From: Candidatus Omnitrophota bacterium
GTDB taxonomy: Bacteria; Omnitrophota; Gorgyraeia; Zapsychrales; Fredricksoniimonadaceae
Assembly: GCA_903944345.1 (NCBI GenBank)
Contig: CAJARJ010000015.1
Span: 6,433-70,432, forward strand
DNA length: 64,000 nucleotides
Direction: 5' to 3'
The position numbers and the translations under genes are program-made. Shown one piece after another: positions 30,228 to 40,311 of this stretch. The notes beneath the pieces were generated by a model that saw only the letters and a list, made by a program, of their open reading frames with translations, was not told the origin of the DNA and did not search any database. Each line of letters starts with the position of its first letter. Position 1 is the first letter of the stretch.

Positions 30228-31719
30228 GACCGCCCCCCTTATATCCGTCCGATCTTCGTAAAGTAGCCCAAACAAGCACTACTATTATAATGATAAAGCA
30301 CAAAATTGTAAAAACATCTCCATATTTTGTATAAAACGTCAGTTCATCTACGGCATTCACCCTGGCCGAAACAACCCCCTCGACCTGAAGTCCGCTCCCC
30401 TGCCGCCGGACACAGGAAGTGACTTCGCCCCGCGGACTGACAAAACAGCTGATTCCGGTATTGGCCGCACGCGCCAGAAACCGACGATTCTCAACGGCAC
30501 GAAATACCGCATTGTGCAAATGCATCAACGGCCCCGGAGAATTCTTAAACCAGGCATCATTGGTCATATTTACAATCAACTGCCCGCCGCCGGATACCCC
30601 TTCACGGGCCAACCAGGGCAAAGTATCTTCAAAACAGATCAGGGGGACAAAATTGATACCCCCTGGCAAACGGAAAAGAGCCGATCCTTCGCCAGGCGAA
30701 AAATCATCGATCGGAGCAAGCGCCGACAAAAACGGAAGCTGCTTGCGCCAGGGAATATATTCCCCGAAGACAACCAGATGCCGCTTGCTATACATATCCT
30801 TGATCCCCCCGTCCGCTCCCAGCAAAATACCGGAATTGAAATACTTTCCCTCAACCGAGGTCACCGCCCCGAGCAGCAACGACAAATGCTTCTCCCTTGC
30901 AAAAGTCTGAACCTGCCTGTAAAGCTTGTCTTCTTCCCATATGAACGGAGGAAAAGAATTCTCCGGCCACACCACCAGGTCCGGCGCAAAATCCGGCGTG
31001 CGGGAACTTAACGCCAGATACTTATCCACAATTTCCTGTTTGGAAATCCCCCCCCACGCTTCCGGCAGGGAAATATTGCCCTGCACAAGGGAAATAGCCG
31101 CCTCTGGCCCGGTGAAAGACCTGCGCAAGGCCCAGTGACCGTAAAAAAGAACCATCGTCAACAGCAGCCCAAAAATCACAACAGCCTGTAACCGCCGCTT
31201 CCCGGCAGAAGAAAGCTCGCACCATAAAACATTAGCCATCACCAGCAAGAAAGAAACACCCGCCGTTCCCGTCAAATCCACAATCTGGATCAGCCCCAGC
31301 GACCCCGACTGTGTATGCGCCAGCGAAGCCCAGCCAAATCCGGTCAAAGCCCGCTCGCGAACAAATTCCAGCGTCACATAAACCGCCGGTACAAAGAAAA
31401 TGCGTGCAAGGGAAGTATGTAAAGAACTGTAACGGTAGGCAGAAGCAAACACACCCCAGAAGACAGCCAGATAAGCCGACAGAAAGAGCATGCCCGTAAC
31501 GGTAACATACCCGATCCACCACAACGTACTGACAAAATAACCCAGACCAAAAAGGTATCCGAAGAAAAAAGCCTTCCGGAACGAAACCTCCCTTAGAACA
31601 CACAACAAGGGAACCAGACCGAACCAGGCGCAGGCCGAACGCTCCAAAGGAGGAAATGCTGCCCATAACAACGTAACGGAAAGCACAATCCCGAAGAAAG
31701 GGGGCATCTTTTTTAACAT
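30217..31719 (-). CDS. lnt: Apolipoprotein N-acyltransferase
   Basis: VQGNI, WPE, KRHLVVFGEYIP, ICFED, TNDAWF, RAVENRR. Confidence 0.95.
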   Translation of the reverse strand: MLKKMPPFFGIVLSVTLLWAAFPPLERSACAWFGLVPLLCVLREVSFRKAFFFGYLFGLGYFVSTLWWIGYVTVTGMLFLSAYLAVFWGVFASAYRYSSLHTSLARIFFVPAVYVTLEFVRERALTGFGWASLAHTQSGSLGLIQIVDLTGTAGVSFLLVMANVLWCELSSAGKRRLQAVVIFGLLLTMVLFYGHWALRRSFTGPEAAISLVQGNISLPEAWGGISKQEIVDKYLALSSRTPDFAPDLVVWPENSFPPFIWEEDKLYRQVQTFAREKHLSLLLGAVTSVEGKYFNSGILLGADGGIKDMYSKRHLVVFGEYIPWRKQLPFLSALAPIDDFSPGEGSALFRLPGGINFVPLICFEDTLPWLAREGVSGGGQLIVNMTNDAWFKNSPGPLMHLHNAVFRAVENRRFLARAANTGISCFVSPRGEVTSCVRRQGSGLQVEGVVSARVNAVDELTFYTKYGDVFTILCFIIIIVVLVWATLRRSDGYKGGGHVR

Positions 31720-31752
31720 AAGGAAAGGATCATAACAAAGACGTGTGATCTG

Positions 31753-32010
31753 TCAACCGTCCTTTGGCGGACGGGAGAAAGAGCGAAGGAGTGACACAAA
31801 AGCAATAGTCCCCCAAACGACTTCGAGGGCAAAAGCCGGCCAGGCCTGCTTGAAAAACACACTGCTTCCCACCGCCAGCGCCCCGCCCAGATTGATGATA
31901 TGATACAAAGGACGATCCGCCTGCAGACGTCCGCAGGAAACCAAGTAATACGCCAGGACAAAAGCAAGCGCCCCCGCCCAGCCCAGAAGTTCCAGCACAA
32001 AAGACACCAT
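31753..32010 (-). CDS. Small membrane protein (CBU_0592-like)
   Basis: LLGWAGALAFVLAYYL..YHIINLGGA..AWPAFALEVVW. Confidence 0.75.
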   Translation of the reverse strand: MVSFVLELLGWAGALAFVLAYYLVSCGRLQADRPLYHIINLGGALAVGSSVFFKQAWPAFALEVVWGTIAFVSLLRSFSRPPKDG

Positions 32011-32042
32011 CTTTTCCCTTTCGAAACAGACCGTAAAAGCGG

Positions 32043-33197
32043 TCAGACAAATTCTACTGTCACCAGCTTCCCCATCCGTTCCAGCTTCTCGGCCAACAAA
32101 GGAACAATCCGGTCGCGGGCCAAAATGCCCTGCTTGCGGTACACCACATCCGCATTAGCCGGATTCCGCGCAAGACCGACGGTGAAACGAATGAAGTCCG
32201 CATTACGAAGCATTGAGGCCAGATCTCCCGCAGGAGAACGGTCAAGTTCTATTACACTTTCTCCCTCATCCGCCAACAGATTATACGCCTGTGTCAAGGT
32301 GACCGCTCCTTCCGTCACGATATCAATACCGGAAAGAAAATATCGCGGAGGGGAAGAATACGATACCGGCCGCTGCTCGACCTCGACTGTCAGACTGTTG
32401 TGACGGGCAAAAATATCTGCCGTTGTCGCACCGCAAATGACCTTGAGTCCTTCGGCCTCATCAAAAGCTTCGGCCACCTCACGGTCACGCCCCCTGTCCG
32501 CAGGAGGGCCGGTCAGAATATTAACCACAATCCCCGCCCGGCTATGCGCCAATAGAACCGTCTTGTCATCTCCGCTGTTGGCTCCGTCGTTATAGCGAGC
32601 CATTCCAAGAACATCTGCGGCGATCCGGGAAAAATCCAGATCTCTGCCCGTCCGGGCTGACAAAAAACTCTCAACCCCGTCAACTCCCCATTCGGGCAGC
32701 GAACTGCGCCCAAGCCCGGACTGGATAATCCCGTCACTTAAAAGCAGAATCCCTTCATCTTTCTCCAGGGAGAAATGCGCCTCGCTCGCAAGTCCCGCCG
32801 GAACAACCAGCGGCTGACCGGCAATGATACTGACCTCCCGGCGACTGATAAGAAAACCCGGCGGCATTTCATAAGACAAAACCGTCGCAGTCCCGTCATT
32901 AAGAACCCTCATGACCAGAAACGCGGAAAAAGGCAGCGAATGATCCCTCCAGCGACTCATGGTTCCGGCTACTCCGAAAAAAGCGTCGCGCAAACTCATC
33001 TGTCCGTCAAGCAAAGCCTCAAGCCTGGCGGAGTTCATCCGGGAAGCGATGTGGGCCTTGACCCCCGAACCGATACCATCCGCCAGAATAATCGTGGTGT
33101 GATAGACACTTCGCCGGACAAGAAACGTATCCCCGCACGGAGACCCTGTACGCTTGGAAACCTGGTGAGATTCAATATCAATATGAAAATATGACAT
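32043..33197 (-). CDS. SpoIIE/PP2C-type Ser/Thr phosphatase (hydrogenase-associated)
   Basis: CGD, LADGIGSGVKA, LLSDG, GDDKTV, KVICGATTA. Confidence 0.88.
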   Translation of the reverse strand: MSYFHIDIESHQVSKRTGSPCGDTFLVRRSVYHTTIILADGIGSGVKAHIASRMNSARLEALLDGQMSLRDAFFGVAGTMSRWRDHSLPFSAFLVMRVLNDGTATVLSYEMPPGFLISRREVSIIAGQPLVVPAGLASEAHFSLEKDEGILLLSDGIIQSGLGRSSLPEWGVDGVESFLSARTGRDLDFSRIAADVLGMARYNDGANSGDDKTVLLAHSRAGIVVNILTGPPADRGRDREVAEAFDEAEGLKVICGATTADIFARHNSLTVEVEQRPVSYSSPPRYFLSGIDIVTEGAVTLTQAYNLLADEGESVIELDRSPAGDLASMLRNADFIRFTVGLARNPANADVVYRKQGILARDRIVPLLAEKLERMGKLVTVEFV

Positions 33198-33229
33198 CCG
33201 CGTCGACCCGATGAAATGATTCTGACAAA

Positions 33230-34963
33230 TCAGGGGGACTTTTTGTCCCGATCCTTGTCCGCGTCCTGAACCGCTTCCAGAAGCTTGTTGACCAGAAGTT
33301 CCCCTTTGGCAGTATACTCACCCAGAAAATTGGCAAAATTCTTGGCCATCTCAATCTGGTGAGCGTAAAGTTCCTGGGCCTGCTGCACGGTCTCATTCTT
33401 GACCTTTTTCAGACGCTCGGCATTCTCTTCGCCGGGGCTCATATTGATGAACATTCCGACATACTGATGGTCATCCCTCAAGGCGTAAACAATCGCCCGG
33501 ACCACCAGACCGTACTGCGGATATTCCCGCAGGCTGTCGGTCATTTCGCTCTGGCCGGAAACAACCCGCTCGAAAGGATCGGGATCGGTAATGCGCGAAA
33601 CATGCTGCCCCAGCAAAGACGGGCTGGCCTTGAACATGACTTCAAACGCATGATTGAAATTAACAATTCTCAAATGCTGGTCCAGCACCACGATGCCATT
33701 GGGGCTTGTTTCCATGATCCGGTCCGAGCGCTGTTCAGCCAATCGACGCATATAGGGAATGCACATCTCGATTCCGGCCATCTTGCGCACCACAGCGGAC
33801 GCCTGGTCCAGACAGGTTGAATACCCGCAGGCTCCGCAATTGAGCTGCTGCTCAAGGCGATCTTTTCCTGTCTTTTCCAGAACTGCACGGATCTGCTCCT
33901 GGGAAACGCTGTCGTCCACAGCCACATTGCGAGGCTGAAATGAGGCAGACAAATCCAGCGCCGGCGGCTCGGGCTGCTGCACGGGCTTGCGGCTGCGTGC
34001 ATATCGAATAACCTTCCGGCGGCGCTCAAACGGGTTGCCTTCACGCCTGATGCCCGGGCCATTAACGCAGCCATGCGGGCACAACAGCGGCTCGATAACC
34101 GTCTGGCCCTCACGGCTATCGGAGGCTCTCAAAGACTCCTGGAATTCGGCAAACCCGCTGACAAACAAAAGCCGCTCATCGAGCACATCCGTTTCCAGGC
34201 TTGAAGTCGCGGCCGCACCGCCCTCGACAGGAAACAGACGAGCCCTTCCGAAAGGTTCCTCGTCAAACGCACTTTCCTCACAGGTCTGCAAATCGATCTT
34301 GTGTTCCTCAAGAAGCTGATCCAGCTCTTCAAAAGTCAGAACGCAGTCAACCAGCCCCTGCAACCCCGGACGGGCCAACTCGGTCTTTTTGGCCGCACAA
34401 GGACCAATAAAGATGACTTTGATATCATTCCCAAGCCGGGCGCGAATATGCCTGGCGTGCGCCATCATCGGCGAAACAACCGGAACAAGCCGCTCGATCT
34501 TGTCTTTCTCGTATTTTTCAACGTAATTGACCACAGCCGGACAGGCTGTGCAGATATGACAGTGTTCACCCTGTTTGAGAAGTGCGGCCGTTTCACGGGC
34601 CACCAGATACGCGCCGATAGCTGTTTCGGCGACATAGCGGAATCCCAGCCGCCGCAAAGCCGCCGGGAGCCGCTGATATTCCCATTCTTCAAATACACCG
34701 GCGAACGCCGGAGCAATACTGGCCGCAACCAGCACTCCGCCAGCAAGAATCTCATTGGCCAACGCAATGTCCTTGCGATAGGTCTTGGCTCCCTGAGGAC
34801 ACTCCCGCACACACGTGCCACAGGCAATACAACGCTGATCGTCAACCCTGGCCTGATTATCCTCAACCCGGATCGCCTTGACCGGACACACCCGGACACA
34901 GCGATAGCAGTCGCGGCAACGGGCTTCGTTGGTATAAATAACCTGCCGGGGATCCTGTTCCAC
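33230..34963 (-). CDS. hydS: Sensory group C [FeFe]-hydrogenase with PAS domain (HydS/HfsB-like)
   Basis: 2x[4Fe-4S], ICTACP, GPCAAKKTE, CPHGCVNG, NCGACGYSTC, PAS. Confidence 0.88.
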   Translation of the reverse strand: MEQDPRQVIYTNEARCRDCYRCVRVCPVKAIRVEDNQARVDDQRCIACGTCVRECPQGAKTYRKDIALANEILAGGVLVAASIAPAFAGVFEEWEYQRLPAALRRLGFRYVAETAIGAYLVARETAALLKQGEHCHICTACPAVVNYVEKYEKDKIERLVPVVSPMMAHARHIRARLGNDIKVIFIGPCAAKKTELARPGLQGLVDCVLTFEELDQLLEEHKIDLQTCEESAFDEEPFGRARLFPVEGGAAATSSLETDVLDERLLFVSGFAEFQESLRASDSREGQTVIEPLLCPHGCVNGPGIRREGNPFERRRKVIRYARSRKPVQQPEPPALDLSASFQPRNVAVDDSVSQEQIRAVLEKTGKDRLEQQLNCGACGYSTCLDQASAVVRKMAGIEMCIPYMRRLAEQRSDRIMETSPNGIVVLDQHLRIVNFNHAFEVMFKASPSLLGQHVSRITDPDPFERVVSGQSEMTDSLREYPQYGLVVRAIVYALRDDHQYVGMFINMSPGEENAERLKKVKNETVQQAQELYAHQIEMAKNFANFLGEYTAKGELLVNKLLEAVQDADKDRDKKSP

Positions 34964-34995
34964 GCCGCACCTCCCGAAAGACGCCGCTATAAACG

Positions 34996-37008
34996 CTAGA
35001 CTTTTTTCAGGTCTTCCACAGCCTTGTCAACGGCTGCAGTGGCCTTGGCCACATCGCAATGAGTAATGGTCTTGCCACCCACCTTGATCGTCGGCCCCTT
35101 GTCGCATTTCTCAAAACAGAACGTCGCCTTAACCTGAACCTGGTCCTGCAACCCCTGGGCAGCTACATGCCTGGCCAGATGATGCAAAAGATCCTGGCTG
35201 CCTTTAAGATAACAGCTGGTTCCCACACAAACACGGATCTCCAGCTTGTCGGTCTGCTGACCATCAAGTATAACCATGGACTTGCCCTTCATGCGGCGAC
35301 GGGCATTATAATGGGTATGCAAAAGATGATGGGCTTTTTCTCCACCGACTTCCCCGAGCTTGGTCGCATAGAGTTCCTTCAGATAAGGATTGTCCTGCGA
35401 CTTGTGCAGCTGCAGCATCTTGTCGGCTTCGTACAGGCCCTTGGTGCGGTTTTTGCGATACGAAGGGTCAAAATTGACCGGCTGTCCGGCGCCATTGATA
35501 CAACCCGCCGGGCAGGACATAAACTCGATAAAATGATATTTCTTCTCACCACTCTTGATCTTGCGGATAATTTCTTTGGCATTCGCCAGCGAGTGGATAA
35601 CCGCAAGGGTATACGTCTTTCCCGCCAGCTTGACTTCGCATTCACGAATACCCGCTTCGCCCCGTACTTCATGGAAATCCGGGTTCTCCAGCGTCTTGCC
35701 TTCCACTTTCTCGTAAACATAACGCAACGCCGCTTCCATAACGCCACCGGTATTGCCGAAAATAACGCCGGCACCGGTCTTGAAACCCATGGGCATGTCC
35801 AGGGATTCGGGCTTCAGATTGCGGAACTGAATACCGAATTCATTGATCATCTGCGCCAGTTCCTGGGTTGTGATCACATGATCAACATCCGCAATCCCGT
35901 CGGTAAAGAATTCGGGACGCTTGGCCTCGAATTTCTTGGCGGTGCAGGGCATGATGGAAACAACGATCATGTCTTCCTTCTTGAGCCCCATTTCCGCGGC
36001 AAAAACTCCTTTGGCAACGGAACCGAACATCTGCTGGGGAGAGCGGCAAGTGGAAAGATTCGGGATCATCTCCGGATAATGCTGCTCCACATACTTGACC
36101 CAGGCCGGGCAGCAGGAAGTGAACATCGGCAGCGGAAGCCCCTCGGTCAAACGATGGATAAACTCGTTGCCTTCCTCAAGAATGGTAAGATCCGCCGAGA
36201 AACAGGTATCAAAAACCTTGCGGAAGCCCATCATCTTGAGCGCGGCGACAATCTGACCCGTGGTCAATTCGCCGGCCTGGTAGCCAAAAGCCTCTCCGAG
36301 CGCAACGCGTACAGCCGGAGCAATCTGAACCACCACCGTCTTGCCGGCTGTCTGCAAGGACTTCCACACATCGTTGATCTCGGACTTCGGAGTCAGCGCT
36401 CCTGTTGGACAAACGCGGGTGCACTGGCCGCAATAAACACACTGCACATGATCCAGACCCTTGCCAAAAGCCGGCTGAACCATGGTGTCATGTCCGCGAT
36501 AGGCAAAATCAATAGCCCCAATCCCCTGGACTTCCTCGCACATACGCACGCAATCGCCGCAAAGGATACATTTGTTGGGATTACGGACGATTGATGGATT
36601 ATCATCGTCAACGGACATCGGCTTCTTGATAGAGCGAAAACGGATCTTGTCGACCCCCATCTTGCGCGAAAGATCCTGCAGTTTGCAGCTGGTGCTCTTT
36701 CCACACGTGGTGCATTCCCGCTCATGATTGGCCAGGATAAGTTCAAGCGCCACCCGGCGAATCTGACGAACCGCGTCGGTATTGGTCTTGACTTTCAGCC
36801 CCGGCTCAGGAGGAGTCGAGCAGGAAGTCTGCAACCCGCGCCCCTCGATCTCGACGGTACACATACGGCAGGCGCCGTAAACGCTTAATTCCGAAACATA
36901 ACAGAATGTCGGAATATCAATCCCGGCCTTGCGGATTACCTCAAGAAGGTTCTTTTCGCCCTCAATGGGGATGTCCCGGCCGTCAATAGTAACAAACTTC
37001 TGCTCCAT
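34996..37008 (-). CDS. hydA: Electron-bifurcating [FeFe]-hydrogenase catalytic subunit (group A3)
   Basis: TSCCPAW, MPCTAKKFE, EFMSCPAGCINGAG; N-terminal Fe-S arrays; C-terminal thioredoxin-like 2Fe-2S. Confidence 0.95.
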   Translation of the reverse strand: MEQKFVTIDGRDIPIEGEKNLLEVIRKAGIDIPTFCYVSELSVYGACRMCTVEIEGRGLQTSCSTPPEPGLKVKTNTDAVRQIRRVALELILANHERECTTCGKSTSCKLQDLSRKMGVDKIRFRSIKKPMSVDDDNPSIVRNPNKCILCGDCVRMCEEVQGIGAIDFAYRGHDTMVQPAFGKGLDHVQCVYCGQCTRVCPTGALTPKSEINDVWKSLQTAGKTVVVQIAPAVRVALGEAFGYQAGELTTGQIVAALKMMGFRKVFDTCFSADLTILEEGNEFIHRLTEGLPLPMFTSCCPAWVKYVEQHYPEMIPNLSTCRSPQQMFGSVAKGVFAAEMGLKKEDMIVVSIMPCTAKKFEAKRPEFFTDGIADVDHVITTQELAQMINEFGIQFRNLKPESLDMPMGFKTGAGVIFGNTGGVMEAALRYVYEKVEGKTLENPDFHEVRGEAGIRECEVKLAGKTYTLAVIHSLANAKEIIRKIKSGEKKYHFIEFMSCPAGCINGAGQPVNFDPSYRKNRTKGLYEADKMLQLHKSQDNPYLKELYATKLGEVGGEKAHHLLHTHYNARRRMKGKSMVILDGQQTDKLEIRVCVGTSCYLKGSQDLLHHLARHVAAQGLQDQVQVKATFCFEKCDKGPTIKVGGKTITHCDVAKATAAVDKAVEDLKKV

Positions 37009-37023
37009 ATCGAACTCCTGTTG

Positions 37024-38919
37024 TTATACGCCGACAACGGCATCGAATTTACACGCCTGCGCGCAAGCCCCGCACTTGATACACAATTTCTCGTCTATAA
37101 CATGCGTCTTTTTCACTTCTCCGCTGATGGCATGCACCGGACACTTTTTGGCACACAGCGTACAGCCCTTGCACTTGTCCGCGAGAATCTCCGGCTTGGC
37201 CAGTTTCTTGCATTCACCGGTCGGACAACGCTTGTCGACCACATGGGCCAGATATTCATCCTTGAAATACTTGAGAGTGGAAAGCACCGGATTGGGCGCG
37301 GTCTTGCCAAGTCCGCACAAAGAGCCCTTTTGCACAACAACAGCCAACTCTTCCAGAAGGGCCAGAGTCTCCATCGTCGCACGACCCTCGACAATATCAT
37401 CCAGCAGATAAAGCATCTGCCGGGTCCCCTCGCGGCAAAGCACGCACTTGCCGCACGATTCTTTCTGGGTAAACTGCATGAAGTACCTGGCCACCGCAAC
37501 CATACAGGTGGTCTTGTTCATGCACACCAGTCCACCGGAACCCACCATAGCTCCGATTGAACGCAGTGAATCAAAATCCATCTTGAGATCCAGATGCTCG
37601 CGGGTGAGACAGCCGCCGGAAGGCCCCCCGATCTGAACCGCCTTGAAACCTTCGGGATCAATCCGTCCCTTCTTGTCTGTGATGCCCCCGCCGATCTCCA
37701 TGACGATCTCGCGCAGTGTTGCGCCAAAAGGTACCTCGATAAGCCCGGTATTGGCTACATGCCCGGTTAAAGCAAAGGTCTTGGTTCCAGGAGAAGTGCT
37801 GGTTCCCAATTCCCGGAATTTAGCCGGCCCCATGGCCATGATCAGCGGCACAGTCGCCAGTGTTTCAACATTATTGATAACTGTGGGCTTCCCCCATAAT
37901 CCGGCCTGTGCCGGAAAGGGCGGCTTCGGCTTTGGCATGCCGCGATTCCCTTCGATAGAAGCCATCAGCGCAGTTTCCTCGCCACAAACAAACGCGCCGG
38001 CACCTTCCATCACATGGATGCGCATCTTTCTGCCCGTTCCAAAGACATTGTCCCCCAGAATCCCGGCCTGCAAGGCATCTTCACACGCCTTGCGGACTCG
38101 TTTAACCGCAAGCGGATATTCCGCACGAACGTAAACGTAGCCCTCATCCGCTCCGATCGCAGCGGCCGCGATCATCATCCCCTCGATCACTGAGTGCGGA
38201 TTGCCTTCCATCACCGAACGATCCATAAAAGCTCCGGGATCGCCTTCATCTCCGTTGCAAATGATATATTTTTTCTCGTTCTTCTGGACACGGCAGACAT
38301 CCCACTTTTTGCCGGTCGGAAAACCGCCGCCGCCACGCCCGCGCAAGCCTGAATCAATAATGTCTTTGCAAATCTGTTCCGGCGTTGCGGATTTGTAAGC
38401 CTTCTCGGCTGCTGTATAGCCGCCAATAGCCCGGTACTCCGCCAGATTCTCCGGATTCAGTTCGCCACACTGTTTAAGCACCATCCGGTGCTGACGTTTG
38501 TAAAAAGGAATATCTTTCTGGGAACGGCACACCTGACGGGTTGCCGGATCTTTATACAACAGCCCTTCGATGAGTTCGCCTCTCTTGAGGGTTTTCTCGA
38601 TTATATCCGGCACATCGGAAACTTTAACCTTGTTATATAGAACACCTTCCGGCTCAATGGAAAGCAGCGGCCCCATCTGACAAAACCCCTGGCATCCGCT
38701 CTTGGATAAATAGACCGAACGGGCAGCATCCCGGATGCCGTCGAGTGCTTCAAAATGATCAACCACATCCAGGCCCGCTGCCCGCATTTGGTCCATAAGC
38801 GCACTGTAAACATCCATCGCACCATTGGCGATACAACCTGTACCGGTGCAGATCACAATCTTGCGCAAACCATCACGGCCGGCAAAAGTGATTTCAGCCG
38901 TCGACTTAAGCTGACACAT
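37024..38919 (-). CDS. hydB: NuoF-like flavin subunit of bifurcating hydrogenase
   Basis: GLRGRGGGGFPTG, NGDEGDPGAFMDR, GAGAFVCGEETAL, ESCGKCVLCREG. Confidence 0.95.
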   Translation of the reverse strand: MCQLKSTAEITFAGRDGLRKIVICTGTGCIANGAMDVYSALMDQMRAAGLDVVDHFEALDGIRDAARSVYLSKSGCQGFCQMGPLLSIEPEGVLYNKVKVSDVPDIIEKTLKRGELIEGLLYKDPATRQVCRSQKDIPFYKRQHRMVLKQCGELNPENLAEYRAIGGYTAAEKAYKSATPEQICKDIIDSGLRGRGGGGFPTGKKWDVCRVQKNEKKYIICNGDEGDPGAFMDRSVMEGNPHSVIEGMMIAAAAIGADEGYVYVRAEYPLAVKRVRKACEDALQAGILGDNVFGTGRKMRIHVMEGAGAFVCGEETALMASIEGNRGMPKPKPPFPAQAGLWGKPTVINNVETLATVPLIMAMGPAKFRELGTSTSPGTKTFALTGHVANTGLIEVPFGATLREIVMEIGGGITDKKGRIDPEGFKAVQIGGPSGGCLTREHLDLKMDFDSLRSIGAMVGSGGLVCMNKTTCMVAVARYFMQFTQKESCGKCVLCREGTRQMLYLLDDIVEGRATMETLALLEELAVVVQKGSLCGLGKTAPNPVLSTLKYFKDEYLAHVVDKRCPTGECKKLAKPEILADKCKGCTLCAKKCPVHAISGEVKKTHVIDEKLCIKCGACAQACKFDAVVGV

Positions 38920-39409
38920 GCGTTCCATCCTCCTTTTTCCTGATCTCATCGAGCAAGGCTACCGCCTTCTCCGGCGTGATCTGCCCATAAACCGCTTCGT
39001 TGATAACCACAACCGGCGCCAATCCGCAAGCGCCCAGACAGGCCACCGTTTCAACTGTAAAAAGCATGTCGGGGGTCGTAACCGATTTTTCGTCGAGACC
39101 TAACTTCTTTCTCATGGCCTGCAACAGTCCATCCGACCCTTTGACGTGGCAAGCCGTTCCGTCACACAGGCGGACAACATACTTGCCTTTGGGTTCCAGC
39201 GCGAAATGCGCGTAGAACGAGGCAACCCCGAAAACCTTAGCCGGTGAAAGTCCCAGCGTCGTAGCCACAAAAGTCATGACCTCCTCGGGCAGATAACGGT
39301 ATTCATTCTGCACTTCCTGCAGAATCGGAATAAGCTTGGCGGGATCGTTGTCGTATTTCTCGACGATCGCGCAGACCTTCTCGAACTTGCGCAGCATTAC
39401 ATGGGGCAT
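38906..39409 (-). CDS. hydC: NuoE-like 2Fe-2S subunit
   Basis: CDGTACHVKG, CLGACGLAP; RBS AAGGAG before 39409. Confidence 0.93.
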   Translation of the reverse strand: MPHVMLRKFEKVCAIVEKYDNDPAKLIPILQEVQNEYRYLPEEVMTFVATTLGLSPAKVFGVASFYAHFALEPKGKYVVRLCDGTACHVKGSDGLLQAMRKKLGLDEKSVTTPDMLFTVETVACLGACGLAPVVVINEAVYGQITPEKAVALLDEIRKKEDGTHVSA

Positions 39410-40068
39410 GGAACCGACTCCTTTGTTTCTTCCTCCAGAAGACATTTAAGTTTGTTTGACAAGACCGCCAGACTCTGCGTCAGGCGGGCATTTTCCAGAA
39501 TAATTCCTTGCGGGATTTCCAGCGGAGCGGGCGCAAAATTCCAGACCGCCCTGATTCCCGAGGCCACCATAACATTAACCACTTCCTGGGCCGCGATAGC
39601 CGATACGGCCACAATACCGATATTGACGTGCATCCGCGCGGCCAGGCCGGGCATTTTCTCGACAGGCATGACCTCTTTATCAAAAATTCTTGTCCCGATT
39701 TTTGCCGGATCCTTGTCAAATACAGCGACAATGTTTAATCCATACAAATCAAAATCCCGGTACCCCAAAAGAGCCTTGCCTAAATTCCCGGCACCAACAA
39801 GAAAGGCGTCCTGAACATTATGCCAACCCAGAAAAGTTTTGATGTTACGAATCAGGTCTGAAATCCTGAAACCGATCTTGGCAGTTCCTTCTGCACCGGT
39901 GACTTCCAGATCCTTGCGCACCTGTATCGATCCAAAATCAAATTTCAAGGCCAAAGCCGTACACGAAATATATTCCTGTTTCTGACGATGCAAGTCTTCC
40001 AGAACATGCAAATAAAGAGGAAGCCTTTTCAAGGTCGAACGAGAAACTTCTATAACTGTGTGGGGCAT
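39397..40068 (-). CDS. rex: Redox-sensing repressor Rex
   Basis: TLKRLPLY, QVRKDL, VGAGNLGKAL, VWNFAP. Confidence 0.95.
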   Translation of the reverse strand: MPHTVIEVSRSTLKRLPLYLHVLEDLHRQKQEYISCTALALKFDFGSIQVRKDLEVTGAEGTAKIGFRISDLIRNIKTFLGWHNVQDAFLVGAGNLGKALLGYRDFDLYGLNIVAVFDKDPAKIGTRIFDKEVMPVEKMPGLAARMHVNIGIVAVSAIAAQEVVNVMVASGIRAVWNFAPAPLEIPQGIILENARLTQSLAVLSNKLKCLLEEETKESVPCPM

Positions 40069-40109
40069 AAATCTGTTTCCTGATTTTAACCCGGTTACAT
40101 GCCTTCTTA

Positions 40110-40181
40110 ATCGATATAATTCTATCGATAAAACTTTATTCAAATATACCGCATTGGCTGCGTTTGTCAACTTCTTTTCAA
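40110..40181 (-). promoter_or_regulatory. rex-hyd promoter with candidate Rex boxes
   Basis: TTGACA-16 nt-TATATT (40170-40143); TTGTCAA-N4-TTTTCAA (40164-40181) overlaps the -35; palindrome ATCGATA-N6-TATCGAT (40110-40129). Confidence 0.55.
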
Positions 40182-40268
40182 GCCCAAGCTTTGCAGAAAT
40201 GAATCGACAAAATTACCAACGATAGAAGGAACTACCAAGACCGTGGGGAAGGACAAACATATTACCAG

Positions 40269-40293
40269 CCCCGGGGAAAAGTTTTCCCCGGGG
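40269..40293. terminator. GC-rich perfect hairpin after the upstream gene
   Basis: CCCCGGGGAAAA-G-TTTTCCCCGGGG; no clear U tract. Confidence 0.5.
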
Positions 40294-40311
40294 AACTGAC
40301 ATGGCATAACA

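Noticed and set aside
35059-36594. 511-aa plus-strand ORF
   Set aside because: Antisense to hydA with no motifs; codon-bias shadow. The same applies to 11556..12563, 15325..16248, 28789..29814 and 46254..47294.
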